A stretch of 64,000 nucleotides of DNA, taken from Chrysomallon squamiferum. Lineage: Eukaryota > Animalia > Mollusca. Every line of letters begins with the position of its first letter. Position 1 is the stretch's first letter. Below are positions 16,344-28,223 of this stretch, in pieces. The stretch spans positions 15,500,001 to 15,564,000 of the forward strand of contig CM022670.1 in assembly GCA_012295275.1 (NCBI GenBank), written 5' to 3'. Both the position numbers and the translations under genes were made by a program. Under the pieces are notes generated by a model. That model was not told the DNA's origin and made no database searches. It saw only the letters and a list, made by a program, of their open reading frames with translations.

Positions 16344-19300
16344 TCAGCAAATAATATCTTCACAGAGTTTATCAAAATTGAGTGGCGACCCAAACATGTC
16401 ATCTGCCTGCTCAGAGTTGGAGTGGATGTTGATCCCCGTCTTTAGGATTGGGATAGCCTTTGATGGGATTCTCATCTCGGTCTTTTTCTTCTGTTCTGGA
16501 TATAAAGTGTACCTGCAAAACATTGAATAAAATCAGCTTTCTTTAGCATTTCTAAAAATGACTGCTGAACGATACCAATGTTTAAATATTTTCATAAACA
16601 GAATGAAAAAAAAATGCACCACTTATGATTATTAATTCCTCTTTTTAACAGAATCATTATACTGATCACCAGTTTTCATGACAGAATAAATGTAACATCT
16701 GCAATAAGCAAGACATTCTTTAGCAGAAATCTATTTTTCACAATACTTTTGTTTTGCATAATGTTTTTCAGAATTTATTCTTTTGGCTTAACAGTTCAAA
16801 AAGTAAAATAAATTAACTTAAGCATTTACCAGTATTCCTCACTGCAATATAAGTAACACCAGGGTCGAGGCATTCCATTAAAGCAGGTGGAAGCAGACAT
16901 GGTATATGCCCCCATATCCTCAAAGAACAGCCAGTCTCCAACATTAAGTTCTGGGAGTAGGCAATCCTCCATGATGCAATCAAGCCCATCGCAAGTTGGT
17001 CCCCAAATGCTTGAGGTAAATGTGTTTTCATCCTGACAATCCTAAAGGAACATACTTGTTTCATTAACAATTCAACAATTATTTAACATTTATTTATTTA
17101 TCAGACAAAATGACATCTAATATAAAAATAGTGTTTGTTATTTAATATTTTAGAAATTTTTCTGTTTTATAAAGGTTTTATTTCAATCCGAAGTTGCTTA
17201 AAGAAACATACCTGGACCAATGATGGTTGCACCTTAGCATGATCAAACAAGAGACAGTTAAATGAGCCATACACTCCATCATTTACGTAATACATGTATG
17301 CTGGTTCATCATTTGGTGTGACAGTTGTTAGCTCCATGTTACCTGAAAGAAAACAGGTTAATAAATTACATACAGCACTCGACGGAGGTGATATTGTAGT
17401 TTCGCCATGAATATATAAATAATATTGAAGCCATACATTATGTTTATAATGTGAAAATTCAAAATGTATATTTCCATTTATCAGAAATGAGAAAAGCTAC
17501 CTAACAGTACATTTAAAAAATTACTGTAATTATACAATTTATTAGCACACACTTAACCAAAAATTACTGCTCCTTCAAGTTTTAACAGTGTGATAATCTT
17601 TCATATTTTACTTATAAGCTGAAGACATGAGAACTAGAAACCTATTTTGAATCTAAAGCAAGTATGAGACTTCAGAAACAAGCTATATTACAAAGAAAAA
17701 TGCAAAAAAAATCTTTCTGTGAATTAAAATAAATTTTTTAAACATACCATTCTTGGGCCTGTCTCGAAGGACAATGCGTTTGGCAATTATGTTGACTGCC
17801 AGTGTGAAGGCTGAAGCGACAAAGTATCGACCTGGTTCTGCAATAATTTGTACACCTGAGTCAGCTGGGAAGTATCTGTCCAGAGCTTCGTTAAGAACTT
17901 CAGCAACCTGAAAGAATAAATTAAATATTGTTCAGATTGTATCCATGCATGGTGATATTATGTACTTTGTGTGTAGCAGGGTAGGTTAATGAAGTAAGTT
18001 TTTCAAATCAATTACAATAACAACATTTACAGGCAGATTTCCATATATATGTAGTCAGAATTTTCTTATATTTTTAAAACAAATATGCAGTGAGATGGGA
18101 AACAAATATATTTTGGTACATTTAACTTCGATAATTGAAGTAATTTTTTTTTTTTTTTAAATACATTAAATTCAAGAAAGCAGTTGCTAAACATAATTTC
18201 TTTTAAAGGCAAAAGAATTTGACTAAATTATTATTTTTACCTCCTTGAAGGTTATTGGAGCTCTTTTCTGTCCAGGGAATCCTCCTCCAACATCAAGCAG
18301 TTCAAAGTTGAAGCCCAGACTTTGTCCCAGCTTGAAAACATAGTAGGCCTGCTCTACTGCCGCTGCATATGCCTCAGCCTCCTCAGCCCCACTTCCAACA
18401 TGAAAACTAAACAAACAGTGTGTGATTAGTCACAAAAGTATACTACAAACAATAACATTATATATATATATATATATATAAAACAATACAGCATCTACAG
18501 AACATCTTTACAAGTGAACATCCTTATTAGTAAGAATACTCTGTTGTTTAAAGACTAATGTTGGCTTTTATTAGTTCATGTGCATACCTGATTCCAATTA
18601 CATTTAGCCCAAGTTCTTTTGCTTTTGTCAGCAGATCTACGGCTTTGTTTGGGTGACATCCAAATTTGATACCTAGGTCACACTGAACTTTGAATTCTGT
18701 AGGGGGCAAGATACGCAGTACCAACCTGAAAACAAAAAAAAATTATTCTTTTTTTTTGTTTTTAATCATACATATATAAAGTTGCACATTTTGTTTTTTA
18801 AATGTTTTCAAATAATTTTTAAATAGAAGATAACTACGTTTATCTGTTATGAAACATAAATAACATTAGGGCATTAAAAAAATATAACATGTAACAGTAC
18901 TGATTACATATTTCTGTATTACTGATTTTATCACGTTTAAAACAAACAAATGAGGACTACGCAACTGAACTTACTTGGCTTCTGGGAATGCCTGTTTGAC
19001 TTTGTACAGTTCTGCTTCATTATCAAATGTCATTGTCCCAACATTTTGTTTTGCTGCGTAACGAATGAAGGATTTCTGTTTACATGGGTTGGCATATATG
19101 ATGCGTGAAGGTGGCACCCCAAGATTTAGAATCTTTTCAATCTCTGTCTGCAAGAAATATGTAACAGTGAGATCAAAATATATTCAAAAACTCACCATAA
19201 CAAAAAACCAAACAAAAATATAACATAAATTTATTCAACTTATTGTGACTGAAAAAGATTATTAATGAAATGTTTCCCTGATCGGTGTATTTCCAGACAA

Positions 19301-20705
19301 TGCTAGAAATGAATTAGTGAAAGCTTTGCATATAATGTGAAGTATTCTAGGTAGATGCAATTTTATACTAAAGCTATGCTTGTTTAAGGATTAAAACTAT
19401 CTTTCTCAAAATCCAAGTTATTTTTAAACGACATTGTTTCTTAAACTTTAAAAAAAAGCAAGAACATACTTGAAAATGATAATCCTGATTTAAACAAGTC
19501 CAACAACAAAGGGCCTCTGATCAAAATTTATTTTAACTGTCATGTTTAAAAAGCCATATATATCTTTTGTTCTGTTCCTTTTAAATATATCACTTATGTC
19601 TAAGAATTATGCTCTAATTATTTGTGAAACTTTTAGTAATGCAGATTTTATTCATGACTGATTTTATCTTACTTTTTTCATCTACAAAGTAACAAATATT
19701 TTTTCAATAAATTATTGGAATAATCAGAAACATTAGCAACATTTAAAGAACTAACCTTGCTTGCACAATCAAACGAGGTTCCCAGGTCAGCTAGAAGCTT
19801 GATTACTGCATGATCGTCATTGCACTTGACAGCTGTAGGATAAATAGAAAATAAAACAATTTTAAACTATTTCTGATGAAGTATTTACTGTCTGAGTCAA
19901 AAACAATTTCCACACATTATTATATCATAATGTAATATGAACAGTTAACTACTGAACAAATTTTCTCAGTGCAAATGAAAAATGCTTATTTGACAATTTA
20001 TAATTTTGTCATGCATTTTTGTAACAAAAGTTCTATTTTATAACCAATCTTCAAACATAAACACTCTAAAATCACATGTATTCCATTATTATGATTATAT
20101 GTATTAAAAAGAAATAAAATTTAAAACAGAAATGCCAAATTTAGTTTACCATAGAATGGATGAACTCGTGGAAGAAGTTTTCTCCATGTCTGATATTTGA
20201 TGATGATGTCTCCTAGATCGGCCACAAAAAAGGCATCCTCATTATGCTATAAAAGGAATAACATTAAATTTAAAAAATGAAAAATATTTCTGTAAGAGAA
20301 TAACCGAAAGTTTACTTTTGTACAGAAAGAAAATTAGGTTATCCAAGTTTGTAACAGATGGCAAACAATTGTAAGTTACTGACAGGCTGTAAGTGAAACA
20401 AAAACTATGAAACCAGTTTAATAGAAATGCCTCACAAAGTTGAAGTTAGTAATATATATCTAACAAACATTTTAATTTCAAAAGCTTTGTTTGTATTTTT
20501 GGGGATAAGGTGATCAGAAGAAGTCAATTAGTAATTTATTACACATTCCATTTTTTTTATTTGTAAATATTATACTTAAAAAAAAGGTCTATAGCATTCT
20601 AACCTCAGACTCCAATGATGCAATCTTATCAATAATAATATTATTCTTTGGTTTAATGTAAGGAAGTGACTCCACAACACAACCATTTCCGATATAATGC
20701 TTCAT
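16344..20705 (-). CDS. ODC1: Ornithine decarboxylase, 474 aa, 10 coding exons, catalytic motifs intact
   Basis: Phase-consistent exons: 20705-20604, 20246-20150, 19832-19756, 19147-18975, 18725-18588, 18406-18241, 17907-17748, 17342-17212, 17041-16830, 16512-16344 (1425 nt). Motifs PFYAVKCN (PLP lysine), [62 protein letters not shown] (catalytic Cys), MGAYT, FNG. Confidence 0.96.
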
Positions 20706-20848
20706 TCTTTTATGTTAGAGTTAATGAGTCCACTAATGTACAAACAACCTGAAATAAATTATAAACAGTATTGCAAGCATTAAGAAATAAAATGGGTAAA
20801 AGTTTAGAAACTTATAAATGAAAAATGTTTGGCTTTATGAGCATGTTA

Positions 20849-20880
<32 letters not shown>

Positions 20881-21320
20881 TAAAACAGCAGAATCTCAAT
20901 ATCAGAATATGTCATTAATCGAGCAGTAATACTTTTTAAGTATAACTTCTCCAAGTCAGCTGGCCTCTATTGTCAATATTAAATTAATTAAATGATATTT
21001 AAATGATATTACTTGATCTGTCAGTATATGTTATCTGCAATGACTAAACTTTCTAAAGGAAATGCATGTTGCATGACCTGATTCTTCATAATTGTTATAC
21101 CTTTACCAAATATATGTATCTCTCAAATTTGAAATTTTGACTTTAGCCAGAATGTATCACAATTACTAAAATCTGTCATGCAATATGCATGTGTAACTAT
21201 ATGGGTCACACAAAAAGGGGGAAAAAATCATCATTAATGGGAATATGAGAAATTAAAAACTGAGTATTTATATATTAAAACTATCTACCTGGCCAGAGAA
21301 ACACCTGCTTTTAGCAGATA

Positions 21321-24300
21321 CTAGCTGGGCTCCCAAGGTGGCTCTGCGTTGAAGTCAAACTTCCTCTTTGAACGACGTAAGCCCTCTGGGCTTTCCGTGT
21401 AATAGACAGTCGTCAGACTGTCCTGCAAAAGACAAAATAAGCCAAATTTAACTATGTGTTTAAAATATATATACACACTTCATTATCTGATATTTACTAT
21501 TACTATATAACTGTGAGTGTTACTGCACATTATTAAAATACACCTGAAAAAGTTTTCACTTTATCCTAATTGTAATTACTAGTAAAGAGGAGGCATGATC
21601 CTTTTAATAATTTGAACCAAACCATCATGTTTGAATCATTATGCAATGCTGGACTACTGAAACATCAAGTGAAATAATTTAAGGAAATAATTTGATTGTC
21701 AACAAAACTGGTTTTAAAGGTTTTATGTTGTTATTGTGGTGGTGATTATGTCAAGTCTGTCTGTAATGACTAGTCCATCAGATATCAACAGGGTCCTGAA
21801 TTTCAGTTATCTTCAGAATTTATATGAACCTTTAAAACAATAGTAACTTTTGTAGAATTTCAGTATTTTGTCCCATTCATCACAGAATGACTTGTGCTTA
21901 GTTAAATTATAAGTCAACAGTGATTGTGTGCATATGTGTGTGTGTGCTAACATGTGCAATACATACAAAACAAAATCATTTACGCAGTATAAAATAATAT
22001 TTGCTTCTGATGCTTTTGACATTTTTTAGATCATATGTGAATCATTTTCATCTGTCACAGATTCATTATTTTATGCTTATTAACAGCTAATGGTGAAGGT
22101 GTCAGGTTATTTTTGTGACCCGTATACATGTATTACAACAGAAAGGAAATTTTGTTAAAATCTTATTTTTTAAACAAAGTTTTCATATGATACATTTACT
22201 GAATTTTAGTCACAAAATCAAATAAAAAGTAAATAAACACAACAATGCAAATATAAAAGTACCATTTCCTACTTAGTATTAAAAATATGTTCAGAACAAT
22301 CTTCATAAATCAACTACTCTGTATCAAAGCTAGAAAGATAGTTCAGCGGTCCCTCCTCCTAATAATAACTGATGAAAAAATGTTTGTGCAACCTAATCTG
22401 ACAATCAACAGCCAAAAAGTGTTGATAAAGTTGTCATGTAAATGAATGTAAAATAGTGTCATGCTGTAACTACACTAGATGTGTAGTCTATTGTTATATT
22501 TAAGCCTGTATTTTTTCTTGGTTAATATCATTTTCATTTACTTTGATAAAGGATGTCTTAAATGGTTTTTATAATATTACAATTATATAATTTCAGTCTT
22601 TACCAAATATCAGTATGTATATTGTACAGAAAGATGTGATGGAACATAATCAACTTGTGGTTTTCCAAAGACTGAATGGATTTTTCATTAGATAATAATT
22701 TATCAGATTATATTAATGCACAAAATGAATAAACTACTATACAACAGAATGATGTTAATAGAGATCAATGTAAGTTCAAAAACAGGAAAACAAACATTCC
22801 TAGTTTTTGTTATTTCTCTGAAAATGGTGAAAGGTTCTGCTGCCACAGAAGAACACAGTTTAAGACTGGAGATTTCATTTTAAATCCATAACTGGTTTTC
22901 TACTGTGTATAATAATTACACTAATAGTGCATGTCATTTAAACTGCTGTGATATGGGAAAACAGACAAGAATATCTCATCTACTATTCATATTTATCATG
23001 CTAAATTCTTAAGGGTAAGCTTCAAGACATTTTATATTCAGATAAGACATTTCATTTTTACTGGACCTTTACTGTGAAATGTTTTTTGAAGTTAGAATTA
23101 GTTGTATAAAACATCATTGTAGTTTTGGTTTGTCAAATCAACCAGTTTAGTGTTTTTGTTAGCTATAGTGCAGCTAATGTTTGTTTATTTTAAATCATGT
23201 GAGTTACAAAGTAACATGTTTTTTTTAAATTTCAGGTCAGTTTTGTTTATTTGTCTATGTTCAGCCATGTGCATAAAAACAAACCCAGTAACTGGCAGGA
23301 TAAGGTCATGTGTTGATAAAATGTGTCACCAACCTGTGTTTATAAACATTTAAAAAAAAAGTATGTGTTTTTTCAAATATAAATCCTAATCATCCTCTTA
23401 AGTATTTATATAAAACCTGTGATATTTTATATTACTTTTCTCTGTATTTATTTTTATGTCAAAAGAAGAAACTGTATCAAAATTCAGAGAAAAAATGAAA
23501 TCCTCAAAACTGTTAATATAATTTGTATTTTATACCATGAGACAATGATTCAAGGCAACCTTGATAATTGATGTTATCTGGGAGTAAGTAAAAAAAAAAA
23601 ATAAATTCATATTTGAATTTATGTACATAACCTGAAGATTATCTTTTTATGCTGTTGTTATATACGACTACTCACTGTGTAACAAACTATGGGACAAAGC
23701 CCCAACACACCAAGTTTTGCTCAAGTTAATCTCATATCTTTGCAAATAAATCTGTCTACCTTTCATCTATGTCTCTGTTATGTATGTGAGTATAATTTTG
23801 TTAGTTCTACATCTACATTCAATCTGCATCACATTTAAATTACACGTGGCTAGTTTTCAGAAAGTGAATAGACTGATGAAGCATTTGGGGTACCTCACAT
23901 CACTCAGAATGAACTTTGTATCACTGAAATGTAAGTCATTTTTCAAAGCAGTGTATTAACATCTTTAATTTAAAAAATACAAGTTAAAGTGGTTATGTCC
24001 ACTATAAAACTTAATAAATTCTACGGCTATTCTGAATGAACCATTTATGATTAAATTGAGAAAAATTCACATTTTAAAATGTAAAATTATTTACCTGAAA
24101 ACACCCACGAAAGCCTACCAGTTCTAAAAGTCTTAGTTAATGTAATGACACAGTGATTGCCATTGGCACTTGTGTCAAACTGAATTCTGCATTATAAGTG
24201 CCAAGTATCAAGTCTGTATTTAATTACAAAATGTTTATGTTCTGCTACTTATTTTCAATTGTTTGACTGAACAATGGCTTCTTGAAATTACTGTCTGAAG

Positions 24301-25000
24301 CTGACCAAATCAATCATAATGAGCCAAAGTTGTGTATGTACAATACTGTATGGCTGAGGATTTCATGCAAAAATCTCTTGTGTCTTAAAAACCTATTTCA
24401 GTTCTTATTTACTCTTCTGACAAAAAATATATTAGAATAAAAAAAAACTGAGTGAGCTTAGTTAATGTTATTAAATTATTAATCTAAAGACAGACACATG
24501 CATTCGTTACAAAACATTTTAAATTTTTAAAGAAAAAGATAATATACTAATTGATTCTTGTCTATTAAATATTGTCATTCTAACTATTTGTATATACGTC
24601 TGTTGACTAAGCTGCTATTTAAATATTTTGCCTATTACTAAATACTATTATTAGCATATTACATGTAAAAGTCCAAAATTAGCAGAGGCAAAAGGTTGAA
24701 AAGCAGCAACAAAATTTGATATGATACATTATATATATACAATAATAAAAAATATATGTAAGCACATATTACAGATATATCCATTTAAGCTTAGATTACT
24801 ATTAAAAGATGTACACAATATGTTTGTCGTGGGGTTGTGTCATGAATCATTAGTCGGTATGTCTATGAAATAAACTCTTTCACTTTAGTGTCAGCCATTT
24901 GTAACACCAGCATTACACTGCACAGTACAATTTTCTGACACCGTCTCACCTGACCAGAAGGTTCAAGACCGGTTACTTCTTGTTCTCTTACGGCCGTAAT
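21321..25000 (-). CDS. Non-AUG (AUU or ACG) upstream conserved coding region (uCC) of ODC, 50 aa, two exons
   Basis: Exon parts 25000-24950 (donor cag|GTGAGA) and 21422-21321 (acceptor ttttgcAG) join in phase 0: ITAVREQEVTGLEPSGQ-DSLTTVYYTESPEGLRRSKRKFDFNAEPPWEPS*. No AUG after the in-frame TGA at 25021-25019. aagATTa and attACGg are the candidate starts. The C-terminus matches the ODC/AZIN1 uCC signature. Confidence 0.92.
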
Positions 25001-25018
25001 CTTGATAGATTTTGTTAG

Positions 25019-25048
25019 TCAGAATGATAAAAAGTAAACAGGCGACAT
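25019..25048 (-). CDS. Weak-context AUG mini-uORF (MSPVYFLSF*) in frame with the uCC, stop context UGA-CUA
   Basis: tttATG TCG CCT GTT TAC TTT TTA TCA TTC TGA CTA ACA AAA TCT ATC AAG ATT; the ATG is 48 nt upstream of the ATT. Requires the TSS to lie upstream of 25048. Confidence 0.5.
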   Translation of the reverse strand: MSPVYFLSF

Positions 25049-25111
25049 AAATAAACAGAAGAGAAAGATTCCTGCAGTGTCCGGTTCGCTCTACATGTAG
25101 ACTACATTTTT

Positions 25112-25140
25112 TTTATATATTTTTTTTCGGCAATATGGCG
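25112..25140 (-). promoter_or_regulatory. ODC core promoter: TATA box and YY1-like site
   Basis: Minus-strand CGCCATATT (25140-25132) and TATATAAA (25119-25112), implying a TSS near 25090-25065, just upstream of leader exon 1. Confidence 0.55.
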
Positions 25141-25555
25141 ATTGACCTTTGGGGTAGTAATACATTTTGGTACAACTATCTTATCTAACATAAATAATTT
25201 TCTGTGCAGTCGAGGTATCACATTACAAACAACTAACAATAAGTTCCTCAAACACTTTATTTAAATCATTATTAATAAGCATATTATTAGAAAATCAATA
25301 TTAAATTGACGGACTATTTTATGAGATAAAAAAAAAAGGAAAAAGAGGTCATTTTATCGTAGTGCAGAAGTTCATATTTAAAACCTTTTTTTTTTTTTCG
25401 TCCCCTATCGCCGACCGACACAGGTGCGTAGACCCCCAGTGATCTAGTGTTTTCGAAATGCGAAGAAGAATTTTTAAATATTATTTTTAGTCATTTATTT
25501 ATTTACCTTGTTTATCTGTTAAAGCAGATTTGTTGTTACTGTGCATGTATATTTA

Positions 25556-25610
<55 letters not shown>

Positions 25611-26737
25611 TTTATTTTTAAATTATTAACTTTGTTTTATCATTATCTTGTTCAAAAATGTTTTGAGTTTTATTTAGTTCAACCGAATACTAAAATACGT
25701 ATTTTTATGCATTCACAATATCACTCACTGTTTTGTCGATCTGATGTTGCTAGCAATAAATAATAATAATAAAACAACATTAACCTGATGGTGTATTTGT
25801 CATGGTACTATCAAAGAGTTTAAATACATTTCTAAGACGTGCATGTACTTCCTACTTCCAGTTAAATAATCAACTAATTGAATTCAACAGTCTTTCTCGT
25901 TATCGATATCGATAATGCACAGAAGCTTTTTTATCTTTTTTTTTTTTTTTTTTAACTTTATTACAAAACCATTTTTATAAACAAATGTAAAACAAAAATC
26001 GCGATTATAATACAGCAACTTTTTTTATTTATTATTATTATTATTATTTATATATATAGTTGTTTTTTTTGGGGGGGTTAGGGGCGTTTGTGTTTTATTT
26101 TCCTGTCGGAGAAAGATTTCGGAGTTTATACAATCTTGCAAATGTAATGGTTTTAATAAAAACCGAAAGATTGACTTTTATACGTTGTTAAAAGAATAAA
26201 ATTGGTCAAATTATGGCTGAAACTTTAAAAGATCATTAATTTTATTGCTAAATCAATTTGTGCTGAAACGTTATAATACTCAAGTAGTTTAAATTGGGTT
26301 TATAAGACTTAAGAATTTATTTCTGTTATTATTCTAGAACGATACAGAATTTAGAATTTTTTCTTGATGTACTGTTTGCAATTATTTAATATGAATGCGA
26401 ATACCTCCGCCTTATTGTTATACTGCTCTTAGTAAAATAATTCGTGTTTCTTCACAACTGTTGAACGTTGACAAAAAAGATACACGTATATTGAACGATT
26501 TCCACGAAAATGTCAAATTTATAATCAGAATGATATAAATATAGATTTTATTTTGAAAGGTCCAGTGTATAACGTATGCGTTCAATAAACATTAAAATAT
26601 AACACTGATATATAAAATTTAAAAAAAGAAGAAAATAACAAGTTTTAATTAATGCAACACCGCAAAACCTGTCTGTTTAATATAGTGGGAAAAAAAAACA
26701 TGTCATACTGGTATCTGTCGAGTTAGAACTAATAAAG

Positions 26738-26789
<52 letters not shown>

Positions 26790-26823
26790 TTATTTATTTA
26801 TTTATTTATTTATTTATTTTTTT

Positions 26824-26855
<32 letters not shown>

Positions 26856-26979
26856 TTGGCAAAGTTTGCTGTAATTGATGTTCCACGGTCAAAATTTAAG
26901 CAAAAAACCCCAACAGCAACAGTATATAAAATATGTATGTGTGCGTGAATGTTATATGTGTGTGTATGTACATATATAC

Positions 26980-27022
<43 letters not shown>

Positions 27023-28199
27023 AACAATCAAATTTTTCAAACTGGGTTTCAGTATCACTGAATGTTATACAAGTATGTAAATATTATATCTAATTGTAAT
27101 GTTTCTTTAACTTTACTTACTTTTTACCAATATGCTGACCACCCCCACCCCCAGGTTATGAAAAGATTCGAGGAATTAAGCATCCTTTGCACACCAAAAC
27201 AAAACCCCATACATTTTTATCTGTTCTTCACGACCCCTACAAGGCCTCAAATAAATCATTTCTTCGGATGTTGCAATATCATTCTACTATACTCCATTTA
27301 CAAATTTTTGTACGGCCTTGGTTTTTATGAGGCCGTTGATAGTAGTAGTAATAGTAGTAGTAATTCAAATTTAAGTTCAGAAGACGTAGTATTAATAGTA
27401 GTGTTGTTGATGTTCAGACTGGTAACATGTGTTTAATTAAATGAATAAACAAATTAATATAGACACAGTGTACAAATTTAATGTAAACACCGTGTACAAT
27501 GTAAAGGAATGGACGGATTAATTTGCTATTTGTTACCTTAAGCTGGTGTTGAATTAAACGGATTTCACCGTGGGCTATATTTAACCTCCCAGCTTAGTTT
27601 ATTAATAATAATTTTCTTTTTTGCACCCATTAACATCGTGCTGCAGGTGAATGCGCGAGTTATATACACCATAAGCTATAATCAGTGTACATATACTGTG
27701 TTGGCTCGAAATGAAATCGTTTCCGCATTCATGTTCACATGAGTTCGTACTCTGTGCGAAAATCAGTTTACGACAGACGAAAATAGCGAAACGCGTAAAG
27801 CCTATTATTTAACGTGATTGGGTGACAAGAATCTATGTTCGTGGTGTTCGCGTGCTGGCTTTCTTTTCGGGAATCAAGGTCGCGTGGTTACATGCAATTT
27901 CGTCAGTTGATTTATTATTTTACTTATATGTATAGACATATATATATTTTTTAATTTGTTCTTTCCAACGTAACTGCATCGTATCGTATCATGCTACAGA
28001 CAGGTGCGTCCTTGACTTCCAGTTTAGTTTGAAAAATTAAGATTTAGAGGAACCGGGCAGATATAAGTGGGTGGTATGTGCATGATTTAAGAAGTTAACA
28101 CTGCCGGATAGTTATCTCACAGAATAAAGAAAGACTGAATTAACTGTGGACTTACTAAATACTTGGAAAGAGTTAAGCGTATCAAGCGAGGAGTTCGTC

Positions 28200-28223
28200 A
28201 TGTTATCAAAACTATTGTGGAAG
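28200..28223 (+). other. Candidate alternative first coding exon of KLF10/11 (MLSKLLWK)
   Basis: gtcATG...TGG AAG|GTAATT, a phase-0 donor compatible with the phase-0 acceptor at 32970; preceded by a CpG-richer promoter-like region at 27640-28080. Confidence 0.35.

Noticed and set aside
16344-20705. Antizyme inhibitor (AZIN) rather than ODC, because of the uCC
   Set aside because: PLP lysine, [20 protein letters not shown] and WGPTCDGLD are all intact, as in active ODC.
21813-21885. C/D box snoRNA in ODC intron 1 (minus-strand GTGATGA...CTGA)
   Set aside because: Only a 3-bp terminal stem and no guide I can match to rRNA; such boxes are common by chance in AT-rich DNA.
25015-25024. Antizyme-like +1 frameshift site (UUC UGA)
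   Set aside because: The +1 frame reads GAC TAA and stops at once, so no productive product.
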